Assembly (NCBI GenBank): GCA_977017645.1
Contig: OZ360245.1
Coordinates: 45,694,001 to 45,758,000 of the forward strand
Length of the DNA stretch: 64,000 bases
Source of the DNA: Torpedo marmorata
Lineage: Eukaryota
Direction of reading: 5' to 3'
Each line of letters opens with the position of its first letter. Position 1 is the first letter of the stretch. Shown here in pieces: positions 49,589-61,625 of the stretch. The notes under the pieces are model-generated. The model was not told the DNA's origin. It made no database searches and saw only the letters and a list, made by a program, of their open reading frames with translations. The position numbers and the translations under genes were made by a program.

Positions 49589-50831
49589 CTGTCAAGGCCA
49601 AGTTATCAAACTATTGAATGAACATCTCATATAATGCTATCCTTGCACTGTTTTAACAGAAAAATTTCTCTGTAATGCTATAGTCTGCACTTTTGTTTCT
49701 TTTGCACTTCTGTTGTACTCAAGATTAGGTTGACTTGCCTAGATAGCACATTTCTCACTATATCTTGATGTACATGACAATAAATAACTCAGTTTAATTC
49801 CAGTTCCATTGGAAAATTCCACTGAGCATTTCCTCACATACAACAGACGTGCTGTTCTGCGTGCATCCCATGGCCCAGTAAGTTGCATCTCTGCCCTTGT
49901 CAGAACATAGCAGTGCTGCAAAAGGAGAACGAGAATTTGTGGGGAAGATTACGGAGAATATTGGAGAAGGTGGAGGAAGAAAGAGAAATTCTGATTTCAT
50001 AGCAAGAGTACTGAGAATAAAAATTTGTTCAACTTCTTTAAGCTTTATCAGCTCGTAAAGACCAGAAGACCCAGCAAGTGTTGGTCTTAATCAGAAATGA
50101 GTAGACCCTTCATCCCTTTGAATCTGCTTCACCGTTAGGCAATGGTTAATATGAATAATACTTTCAAGTTCATTATCGCTTTGCTTTTTATGCATACTGA
50201 AAGACCGGCTGAGTTCCTCCAGCATTTCGTTGTGTTTTTATCATAATCACCATTCTCCGGTCCTCGGTACAAAAACATGCAAACACACATGCAGACAAAT
50301 GATACATATGCAGTAAGTATATACATGTACAAAAATAAATAAATATTGTTAAATATATCGTAGAGTCTCGGAGGGTTGGTGTGAGCAGTTCATCCACTTT
50401 TCAACTACTTATATGTCTGATAGTCTTACCTAACAAAAGTATAACTCATTTGTAAAAGGACCAGTTGTCCCTGGAATTTCAGATGTAGATTCAATTACCC
50501 TTTGTCAGAAGAAAGTGCTTCTTGACTTGTCTACTGAATGGGCTCACTACAATATTATTTTGCCTGTTGAACCTTCAGCATTTTAAGCAAAGTGAGATGA
50601 CTCCTCAATCTTTTTTACAAGTCACCAGTGGTGAGATTCTACCTCGCTCTCTACCTCCATTCTCATGAAAAATCGTGTTCTCATCATCAGCTCCTTATGG
50701 TCAATGTGGAGATCATAGGCAGTGGCCTAAAGCACTGTCATCACATGTTGAATATTTTTAATCAATTTGACAATTGTCAAATGTTGGATATATTTATATT
50801 GTGGTTAACACATTTCATCCTTATTTTGCAG

Positions 50832-50874
50832 CCTCCTCCAGGTTTTCTTCAAGTATTTGTGAATGGTGAAGTCG
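50832..50874 (+). CDS. MKS1: MKS1 exon 10 (start of B9/C2 domain)
   Basis: cag|PPPGFLQVFVNGEV|gtaagt, 43 bp. Confidence 0.93.
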
Positions 50875-51813
50875 GTAAGTTAGATCTGTAGAAGAGAAAC
50901 CTACTGTCTTTCCTACCCACAGCCTTTGTGTCATCTGCAAACTTACAATATAGTCCATCCAGGAGCTGTCTGGTCTTTACCTGTCAGATTGCCACACAAG
51001 GTTTGTAAGCCAGGTGATGGATCCAAATAGATAAACGGGTTTTTCGCTCCTGATCAATAATACCTGCTCATTTGTCCAAAAAATGCATTGAGGTCATGCA
51101 TGAAGAAAGGATTGATTCCATTGTGATTTTGTGAAATGTTGTCCTGGGGATCAGGTGTGAGGGGTTGAAGGACTGCGAGATTTAGCATATGCAGCACGAC
51201 GCAAAGTACACTGCCTGCAATTTGTTAACCCAATCAGGATAGGAGGGGAAGCTCTTTCTGTACCTTCACTGTGGAAAACACTGACTATACTTTTGATGCA
51301 AGTGAAAATTAATTTATTCATCCTTGTTTCCTAGGTTTTGTGCTGTACCCAAAAGCAGGTTACCCCTTTAACTGAGTGGAGGGATAATTACCAGCCTACC
51401 TGTCTAGTTCCCATATTGAATGCATCTCCTCAAGGGTTCTTGCATATTTGCAAGTGAGCAGGATAATCATCAGGCACTGGTCTGCCTATGTCATATGGAT
51501 TAAGTTCAGCTCCAAATTTCTTTTAAAAAATATTGATGCTGCCTCACTTGAGATGAGAATGTTGAAGTCTGACTAGGACCTTTGGTAACTGGAGGTAGTC
51601 ACTGATTGCACTGCTCCTCATACCAGACAGTCCAACAGGGTTTGGTAGTGGTAGAAATGTGCATTTCTGTCAGGCAATGTAGAAGAAGTAACCACAGATG
51701 AATTTTCCCCTGAGTGTGCATAGTGTAACTGAGTACAGTCCATGAATTAGCTAGTCTTTTTCCAGAAATTTGCCTAATAACATGTTTGATCTGATTTTAC
51801 TTTGATTTTTCAG

Positions 51814-51876
51814 TGTCCGCTCATGGCTTTGAATATGACAACCTGTATGTACATTTCTTCCTTGAACTTCCAGACA
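51814..51876 (+). CDS. MKS1: MKS1 exon 11
   Basis: cag|VSAHGFEYDNLYVHFFLELPD|gtgagt. Confidence 0.96.
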
Positions 51877-53645
51877 GTGAGTATGCCATTTTCCTTGCTG
51901 CCTTCCTTCCACAGAACAATTGTTGAAATGTTGATTCTTAAGCAGCAGCATGAGTAGAAATTATCACAGGTCACCACTTCCGTGCTAATCCACTAGTATG
52001 AGTGAAGGGAGGTTCCTGTCAACTACCCCTTCTGTGTTGGAGTCTTAAGAGTAACAATGACAAACCTTGCTACTCTTGGCACAGAAGTGTGAGAGCAGGT
52101 CAGAAACAGGCAATCTAGTGGCAAACAGTTAATTTATTATCTATTTCTTTGCTGCTTGCATCAGCTTCTTCAATTTCCATCATCTTAAATGTTTTCTTAA
52201 CTTTTTCTCAGAATTGTAATTCTGACACATTGTTATCCTTTACAGAATGATTACATTTTACAGAATTTCTGATTTTACCAGTGCACCCATCTTAATTTAT
52301 TTCTATGCAGTCTTGCCTAAGCTGTTTCCTTATATCAGCAGATTTCCTGCAGTATTGTTCATTGGGAAGTGAGATAAATGATAAATTAATCTATATTTGC
52401 TGGTTAGGACATCAAGAAAACTGTCCTCTTATTCAAATTGTGTTATAGGACCTTTGTAATTCTCTGAAATGGGTGTTGGTTTAACACCTTGACTGAAAAT
52501 CAGTCATGCAGGAACTCTTTCAGTGATGCTCTGAACTTTGGTCCATATCCTGGAATGGAACAAATTTGTGATCTTTTGGCTGAGTTCCACAGTTGAACTA
52601 GAACTGATTGTTTAGAACTGGTTGCTAGGGTGGTTCAGTTGCTTGTAAATGTCGGGTTCTCTCAAGATTAAAATAAACCTGTAGAAGGGTACTTTGTTTA
52701 AAAAGTATAATATATTTGGATCAAACTATAAATTTATTTCAGAACAGTAAAAGGGTTTGCTGTTGTTAAGGGATGTTAAGCCTGGAATCTACTTGGAGGC
52801 AAGATAAACAATTTGCATGGAGGCAGGAAGCCCATGCAAGCACTACTAAGGTTTAAACATAACAGGGTGCTGAAAGTTAGGGATAGGGAGAGAGTTGCAT
52901 GCAACGGATGAATGAACCTTGCATCTGAGAGCAACATCAGGAACAATCAGTCATCAACTTATTGCACTTTTGTTAAGATGGTTTCCAGCAATTATTTTTC
53001 AACACAAAGATGGAGCAATGTCTTTGTTGTTTAAAACTTGAAGTGCTTACGCTATAATTAGAAACATACAGTATGTGCTTTAAATAACTAACAAGTTCTA
53101 GCTATTTGTTGGGAAAGCTGTTGGACTGCAAGGAAGTATAAGGTCACTGAAATGCATGCTTTATTTTGTCATGCATAATATATTACACTTAGCAATAGAT
53201 GTGTCAATGATCTGGTCTGATTTGTACAATAGGTTGCACTGCCATATTATGCATTTAAAAATAACATTGAAGTAAATGAGTAGGCAAGTTCTTCCTTGAA
53301 ATAACTATGGTATGTTCATGCTTTAGATTCCTCCCCTATTGTTTGAATTCTGAGACTTTCTGTATTATCCTGCTTCTGCCTTTCTGATTTTTCCTTGAAG
53401 GGCTCAAGCCCGAAACGTCTGCAATATATTTTTGTCAAAAATATCCGAGATGCTGAATAAACCAGCTGAGTTCCTCCAGCATTTCGGTGTTTTTACTATG
53501 GTATGTTCATATTGTTGAACTGTTTGCCACCTTCTTTTGTATCATGTCATTTGAGTCTAATGTAGATTGAATGGTGTGCATCATCACCACATAGATGCCT
53601 TTTTCTTGTAGAGCCTAAACAACATCTCCATTTGTTGATGCCTAG

Positions 53646-53716
53646 ATTGGACCTGTTCTCTAAACCAGCAGTTATCTGGAGTGACACAGACTTGTGCAAC
53701 CAAGGTAGACGACCGG
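53646..53716 (+). CDS. MKS1: MKS1 exon 12
   Basis: tag|NWTCSLNQQLSGVTQTCATKVDDR|gtaagg, 71 bp. Confidence 0.93.
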
Positions 53717-54779
53717 GTAAGGAGACTTTGATAGTATGCTGGAAATACTCAGCAAGTCAGGCTACATCTGTGGGAAGAGAAACAGAGTTAGCAAATTGTT
53801 GGGGTATTAATTGGAATAACATTAATACCAAAGTCCTAAGTATGCTAGATTAGAGGATACAGTGCTGCAATAACAAATGAAAATGTTGTATACATTTTGT
53901 TTTACGTGACGTGTGGATATATGTATTGTGAATGCACCGTGGTCTAGAGAAAAGTTATTTCATTTAATTGTATATATGTACAATCTGATGACAATAAAGA
54001 ACTTGAAATGGACCCGAGTCCACAGCTAGATACTGCCAGGATCTTAATGTATGGTTGAGCAGGCTGGATGGGCCCAATGGCCTATTGCTGCTCCTATTTC
54101 TGATGTAAGTCTCTGGAATAACCTGAAATCACAAAGGTTTTAGAAGATGGTAGCATTGGCCAAAACTAACAACTGTTTTGAAAATGGATTTAAGAAAACA
54201 AATTAGTGCCAGAACTTGGAAAATTATAAAAGGAAAATAATTGTCATAAGATTCCGATGTACTTTCATTGTTACACAGGTACTTATGTTAGAATGCATTC
54301 CTAGGAGCAAGTGCTAATGAAAGCAGCACTAAAATGGGCCACTAACTACAGCATGTGTTGCTGACAGTGCTTTTTGTTTGGGCCTTGGTGATAACCCTTC
54401 CTGCTGTTGCAATCTGTTCTGCTGGCAACCTGTGTGCCAGGAACCTGATGTGAATCCCTGCCTTGGTCTAGTGGTGAGACTGGTGTTGATGAGGCTGGAG
54501 CAGAGTGGGGGCTCTTGGGCGACACACTCAGTGCAGGCATTGCTGAAGATTTAGCAGCTACATGTTCCACAGCTTCCACGGGCCTCTCCATATCAGTGTG
54601 GGTAGTTCTTTGCCATGGGAGTACCAGCAGAGGGTAGGGGTTTGCCCCACATTACCCAGCACAGTAACATACATTCTGTACCCTCTGCTTACCCTTTCCA
54701 CCTCGTGTTGGTTATGATGGAAACTGGTGACCTCTCCTTGCTGGGCTTTACAAGCTGCAAGACCAGTGACCACCGTAGT

Positions 54780-55490
54780 TATAGTCATCAGCACGGAACA
54801 GGCCCTTCAGCCCCACTTGTCCATGCTGACCAAGTTGGCATACTGGATTAGTCCCATTTGCCCATTTGAGTCCATTTCCTTCTAAACCCTTCCTATCCAT
54901 GTATCTGTCCAATTGTGTTTTGAATGTTTTTAAATTTAGACATACAGCACTGTTACAGGCCAATTCGGCCCTACGAGTCCGTGCCGCCCAATTTACACCC
55001 CGTTAACCTATACCCCGGTATGTTTTTGAAGGGAGGGAGGAAACCGGAGCCCCCGGAGAAAACCCACGCAGACACGGGGAGAACGTACAAACTCCTTACA
55101 GACAGCGCAGGATTCGAACCCAGGTCCGGTCCCGATCGCTGGCTCTGTAAAGGTGTTGTGCTAACCGCTATGCCAACCGTGCCGCCGCTGTTGTATTGTA
55201 TCTGCTTCTATAGTTTCCTCTGGTAGCTCATTCCGGATATGGACTAGCCTCTGAGTGAAAATATTGGCCCTCAGGTTCCCCCTTAAATCTCTCTCCTATC
55301 ACCTTAAATCTATGCCCTGTAGTCTTAGAAATTGTCAACCCTGGGAAAAGGACTGTGAGCATTCACTTTATCCATGCTCCTCGTACTCCAGATATTAAAG
55401 ACCCAGCCTAACTAACCTCTCCTGATCACTTCAGCCCTCCAGACCTGGCAACATTCTGGTGAATTTTCGCTGCATCCCTTCCAACATATC
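54780..55490 (-). mobile_element. CR1 3' fragment containing a nested V-SINE (54925-55188)
   Basis: CR1 tail (GAAACAGGCCCTTCAGCCCA-like) on both sides of an intact reverse V-SINE. Confidence 0.8.
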
Positions 55491-55995
55491 GATATCTAAG
55501 AGTTTGTTACCATAGAGAAATCGGTAGGCTGGGAAGATATGTGCAGCAAACACAAAGAGAAGGGCAGGGGGTGGCAGCTTCCATCACTTGAACAGAGACA
55601 GTGGGATCCGGGCAACCTGTCAACACATGGAGCAGGCGTTGCCAGTCACTGCATAGCTTCCCCTGACCCACACAATACCAGCCCACACTGGCAGCCTTCC
55701 AGACCAGTGTGACAGTTCTTTGACGTGAGTGCATCAGCAGAAGGTCAAAGTTCACGGCAGAGTCCTGGCACAGGAATCACAGCCCAAGCGTGTGTATGTA
55801 GGTAACCTGTGGGATTTCAGACTGAAGAACCAATAGTACAATAAGGAACAATGTTACTGTGAACTGGGGTACCAATGTATTGATGATTTTCCAAAAAATC
55901 TTAAGATTCTACATCAGAAACCGTAAAACAGTTGTTTTAAACAGTATCAATGCTTAGTGTTTTGACGTTGTAATTTCTGGTATTATTTTAAATAG

Positions 55996-56065
55996 GAGAA
56001 TGTAGCATATTTTTCATATCCATTCAACTTTGAAATGTCCATAAGAAGCGAAGATCAGCCTGAAG
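55996..56065 (+). CDS. MKS1: MKS1 exon 13
   Basis: aatag|ENVAYFSYPFNFEMSIRSEDQPE|gtgagt, 70 bp. Confidence 0.94.
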
Positions 56066-57262
56066 GTGAGTATCCCTTTGTTCAAGATAGGATCTCAGAT
56101 TTCCATGTATGCCATTGTGCTGAGTTGTCCATTGCCGTTTCACTTGATGATGTTAAGGCTTCTCCTGTACCTTTAGCTACCAAGCTTATTGTTCACAACG
56201 ATTGCAGTAGGTTGCATCTTGTTTCCATGTTAGTGCAGTGTGTGTAGTTCTCTCCCAGTCCCCAATGAATTCTCTTTAAACTCTTTACATTGTGAACTTT
56301 GAATGCCTGAGGTGATTGTCAGGTGATGTTTGAACCTTTGCTGCAATTGCAAAATTTTTCTTTCAAAGGAACTTTGATCTGGATGAGCAGGTTTCAGTTC
56401 ACCCTTTTGTGGACAGGACTAGGATCAGGATAGGGAAGGTGTAGCCATGATCCTGAGTTTTAGATTTTAATTGCATTTTGAAATTACATTTATTTTGTAT
56501 CTTTTGCTGTAAGTGCTTCAGGCAAGCAGGAACAAGCATCATCAGGATGATGATGGGTCAGATGGGGAAAAACAGGAGGGCAGTTACCCTCGGCTTCTAT
56601 TGGTCCTGTCTGCTAACTTGTTACAGAGCCTTGCTAAGCTGCTAGTTAAACCCTGACAATGTGGATGGGGGCAGGTGACACTGAGACAAACATAGAGAGC
56701 ATTCTAATTCAGTACTGATTGTGGAGGAGCACATTCTGCAGTCATTGATCTTATTTCCCCAACAGTTACTTGCTCTGCTCCAGCCTTACAATGTCACAAG
56801 CATTGAAACCATCCTAAAGCAAATCAAATTGAGCTTCATTTAGAAGAGGTCAGTATGCAACATTTGGATTATATGTTTGACTTTTTTTTTTTTCATTTAT
56901 TTTTGCATCAGTCCCCTTATTGTAGTAATCTTCCCACTCCCCAATGTTGGGGCAGAACCCCTTGCTGAGACTAAATAGACTGGTGGAAACCTATCCAGTA
57001 AACCTTAATTACTCCAGGGCAAAGATCATAAGAGGCAGTATAATTGGCAACATTCTGCAATGCTTCAGATAATCTGCATTTCTATATACCTGGTCCCAGT
57101 TATTACCCACTGGATAAGATTATCTCAGTCGCTGCATTGACTTTACAGTTTCTACTCTAATGAATTTTCTGCAGGGATGAACATGTATTTTTGCTAAAAG
57201 CAGATAAAAATTCATTTGGATGCATTTAGATTGTTTGAACAAATACATGGGATAATTAAATA

Positions 57263-57466
57263 CAGTAAAACCCCTGGTATCCGGTGCCTACGGGGATTGG
57301 TAGATGCCAGATATGAGAATTTTCCGGTTGCTTGAAATGGAGAACTAAAGGCGAGGTGTGCCAATTTTAAACTTCCATATTTTTTACCCATTTATTTTCC
57401 GCAATTTTTTTCCCAGTTGCTTGAGGTTGCCAGTTGCTTGAATTCCGGATAACAGGGATTTTACTG
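57263..57466. mobile_element. Tigger-like MITE
   Basis: TA-CAGTAAAACCCCTGGTATCCGG ... CCGGATAACAGGGATTTTACTG-TA. Confidence 0.85.
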
Positions 57467-58995
57467 TAGTTTGTTTCCTGTTTTATTCATAACATTAAAT
57501 CAATTTGGGCTAATTTGCACAGGGCTTTTAAACAAAGGAATGAAAAGTATTTCAGAGACTGACCACTTCATCACTTGTACCCAGTTTGGTACCTCTGACT
57601 CTGAGCTTTCGAGTTTTAAGACAAAAAGTTGTCAACTTTAAACGTTCAGGTGCAGAGGGCATAAGTTAAAAGAAATATGTTGGTTTCTAAATGGTGGAAT
57701 TTTTTGTCAGATTGGTAGGTACTGTTATCTGGAAACTAATCCTAATATCCTTAAACTAAGATGCTGACAGTGCACCCGGGTAAAGTTTTATTATTCAGAT
57801 ATGAAATAGATTATCATTCCCTCTGGGAGGATACCTGTTTAGTGCAGAGACGGCTTGATGAAAGGAGGGCTTGAAGTCACAAGTGGATCTGGGAGTTTAG
57901 CCAGATATAATTCACAATATACCATCAAACAGAATTGGCAACCTTCCTCCAGCTTGTCCTCTCTATCTATTGGGGCATTGTCTTGCAAGTTATCGAGAGC
58001 TAAATTGGAAGAACCACAGTCTTCAGTAACATCTAACCTTGCAACAGATGGGGTGGCAATCTTAAATCATGGACCTGCCCACAGATTTCATAGATACTTT
58101 TAGGTCAGGGTATTGACTCTACTTCTTGATTAAAATCCCATGACTCCTCTTTGTTACCATAATAGATTTAAATGACTGGATTATTTCCCATCTACTACCC
58201 TACAGATTTTCCATTTCAGGCTTTTAAAACTAAAAGCACATTTGTTTCCTAACCTTTCCAAATTCCAATGAAAGGTCATCATCCTTGGCTGTTAACTATC
58301 TTCACAGATGCTACCACACTTGCTGAATATTTACAGATTTTCTGCTTTTATTTCAAGTTCAAGTTTATTATCATCAGATTGTACAAATACAACCTGATGA
58401 AACAGCGTTCTCGGGTCCTAGGTGCATAAACATGCAGACACACATACTGACAAATAATACATATGCAGTACGTATATACATATATAAAAATAAATAAATA
58501 TTGTTGAATAAATAGTAGAGTCCCGGAGGGTTTGTATGAGCAGTTCAGATTTCCATCACTTGGGTATTTTGGTTTTGAATTTTTGTCATTCTTTGTCTTT
58601 CCCTCCTCGTGTTAGTCCTGACCTTGCATATTTCTGTTTGCTCCAGTCCCCTTTAATGTAAAATTGTGCTGAGATTTAACCTTATTGTATGTAACCAGAT
58701 ATGTAACAGCAATAATAATTATTTGGAGCAGCACCATTGGTGCCAAAATGATACTTGGCTCAATACTACACCTCTTTCATTTGCCAGTTCATAATATAAA
58801 CAAAAAGGATGGTATCTTTTTCTCGTTGCATTTTTCTTTTATGGATTGGCGTATTCCTGTCTCCTGGCCATATACATTGTGCATTTCCATGCACCCTCGT
58901 CTCTGGTGAAAAGGCCTAAAAAAGATTTCTTATCAATATTATGTCAGTGACAATGAGCACTGTTCATGTCTTGTTCTGTTTTTTGGATTTCACAG

Positions 58996-59100
58996 GTTTG
59001 CTGCAGTGGCCTATGCTTTATTTTGGGGTCTACTCTTGCGATTTCTGGCAGCGATACCGTATTGAGGGCTATGGCTACATCAGCATTCCTGACAGTCCAG
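58996..59100 (+). CDS. MKS1: MKS1 exon 14
   Basis: cacag|GLLQWPMLYFGVYSCDFWQRYRIEGYGYISIPDSP|gttagc. Confidence 0.96.
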
Positions 59101-59241
59101 GTTAGCAAAAATACTAATCTACCAAAATTTAATTAACACCTTAAATTAATCAACAGCTCTTGAGAGAACAAAGCTGTCGAAAGATTAATCCTGAAGTATT
59201 AACTGATCTGCTGAATGACCTCAACATTTTCAGTTTATTTA

Positions 59242-60354
59242 CCGTATATTTCGGCGTATAAGTCGAGTCTTGAAACCCTCAAAAATCGGGGGTCGACTTA
59301 AACGCCAGATATACTTTTGAGACCTTAAAATCAGCTCAAAAACCACTCCACGCCGATTCGGCGTATAAGTCAACCCTTGAAAACCCGATTCGGCGTATAA
59401 GTCGACCCATGAAAAACTGATTTGGCGTATAGGTCGACGCTGGAAGCACCTCCGCACCGCTGCTCCCCGACACCTCCCCACCGCCGGGCACCGCCATAAA
59501 CCACCCAGACATTCTACAATTGTAGAGCCCGAGGTCCCCGCTCCTACCCGGGAGAACGAGGTCGCTGCTCCTGCCCGTGAGCCTCAGGTCGCCGCACCTG
59601 CCCGGAAGAACGACGTCGCCGCTCCTGCCCGGGAGAATGAGGTTGCCGCTCCTGCCCGGGAGCCTGAGGTCGCCGCTCCTGCCCGGGAGCCTGAGGTCGC
59701 CGCTCCTGCCCGGGAGAACGAAGTCGCCGCTCCTGCCCAGGAGAACGAGGTCGCCGCTCCTGCCCGGGAGAACGAGGTCGCCGCTCCTGCCCGGGAGAAC
59801 GAGGTCGCCACACCTGCTCGGGAGAACGAGCTCCCCGCACCTGCTCGGGAGAACAAGGTCGCCGCTCCTGCCCGGGAGCCCGAGGTCGCCGCTCCTGCCC
59901 GGGAGCCCGAGGTCTCCGCTCCTGCCCGGGAGAACGAGTCCCTGCACCTGCTCGGGAGCCGACACATACCGTGGTTCCTGCACCGAGCACACTTGGGCAG
60001 TGAGGCGACTTCTTCAATGAGGACAGCACCACATCCGATGTGGTGAATGGAGTCGCCCGTCGCCGACTCTGGCTGCAGCCGAAGCTGAAGACTTGGACCC
60101 AGCTCCGTTTGGCATCTTCCCGCCAGAAGCAAAGGTTTTTTTTTACTGTTTTTTTTACTTACTTGCTTAATTTACAGCTTTGTTACTTGGCAATTGGGGT
60201 GTTGTAACAAATTTTGGGTTGTTGCTGGGAGGCCCGGACAGCCTGAAAATTGGGGGTTGACTTATACGCCGGATATACAATAAAACCATTAAAATTAGGC
60301 TGAAAAAGGGGGGTCGACGTATCCGCGAGTCGACTTATATGCCGAAATATATGG
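59242..60354. mobile_element. Non-autonomous Tc2/pogo-like DNA transposon
   Basis: TA-CCGTATATTTCGGCGTATAAGTCGA ... TCGACTTATATGCCGAAATATATGG-TA; repeated subterminal CGGCGTATAAGTC motifs. Confidence 0.9.
59525..59962. repeat. 27-bp GC-rich minisatellite inside the transposon (~16 copies)
   Basis: GAGGTCGCCGCTCCTGCCCGGGAG(AAC/CCT/CCC) units. Confidence 0.93.
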
Positions 60355-61123
60355 TACCTATGAGTTTTCTCTCCTCAAGTTAGCTGACTACCAGTGTGCC
60401 CACATTCCATGAATACTCAAAGTGTTCTTCTATTACGGAGCTCACACGATGATTGTAATGTGAGCCTGGACAATGACTATTGTGCGGGTACTTGAGGGTT
60501 GGAGAATGTAATCTGGACTTTACATAACATCCATAAACAACGTGTATAGGCATTTTTTTCTTGCTCCAGTTGGGATTGCCATACTGTGAATCTTGGCTTC
60601 TTCTGGTTAACATGGCTGAGTCCACACTGGGCATGAATTTCTTATCTTTGTTATCCTCACGACATTGCACCTTCCTCTTATCATCCCCACATAGAATATT
60701 ATACTGATGTCTTTAGCAGAGCTATTGTATAGGTAGCACTCAAGGAAATCTCATGTTTCCAACTCTGTACAGCCCATGGTGTCACTGTGTTCACATTCTG
60801 TGATTCTCTACAACATTGCCACGTAGAGCATGATCTTAATATGCTGCAAACAATCCAAAAGCATTTTACACTACTGGTCTGTAAGTATTACAGAGCAAAT
60901 TTTAGTGGTTTAGAGTTAAACCTAAGACTGCAAGTTGAGTATTTTTCCACTGTTTTTGCTTTAGACTTTCAGTCTCTTGTTTTACTTGTGTGATCTCATC
61001 ATTCCAATTCTCTGTGCCACAACTGAAACTAGATTCCAGGTTAGTGATTAACCTACTTCCTTCCTGCCCAGGTATCTGCTTTTGTCTAACCTGTATTGTA
61101 AGGTGCAACATTTTTGTTGACAG

Positions 61124-61257
61124 GTAGCTGTACAAAGAAATGCCAGACTTGGAGACCAGTCTTGCCTGGAACAACAGCAGAAATGTGGAGATTCTTTGTT
61201 GGTGGTGCACTTGAGCTTGAAGATATGACTTATATCCGCATCCCAAGCACGTTCAAG
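61124..61257 (+). CDS. MKS1: MKS1 exon 15
   Basis: cag|[45 protein letters not shown]|gtatta, 134 bp. Later exons were not found in the window. Confidence 0.95.
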
Positions 61258-61339
61258 GTATTATGAAAACTGCTCATCGGAATGTGAATTGACTGAGGCA
61301 TTTTAGGTATCAGAATTACATCTGGCTCCTGATTCAACC

Positions 61340-61625
61340 AGTTTACTCATTTTTATCTTGGTCTTTCATTCCCCTGTGTCCAGCTGCTCCACACTGATTC
61401 CATTTATAAAGCCCGTACCCTCCATTTCCATTTCTCGCAGTTCCACCCTCCCCCACCTGCCCACGAGAAGAAAAAGGACAGAGTCCCTTTGGTGCTCACT
61501 TTCCACTCCACCACCCTCTGCATCTGACAGATTATTCTCTGTCACTTCAGCCAACTTTGGAGTGAGTAATCCCAGCACCAGCCGCATCTTCCTCTCCCTA
61601 CCCCAATCTGCTTTTCGCACAGATA
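61340..61625 (+). mobile_element. Penelope-like element internal fragment
   Basis: Decayed PLVLTFH.T.L.I..IIL.HF.QL...P.T..IF.S.P.SAFR.D motif. Confidence 0.55.

Noticed and set aside
59336-60132. Several overlapping repetitive ORFs (LPGRSGDL...)
   Set aside because: Artefact of a stop-free 27-bp (multiple of 3) tandem repeat inside a TIR element.
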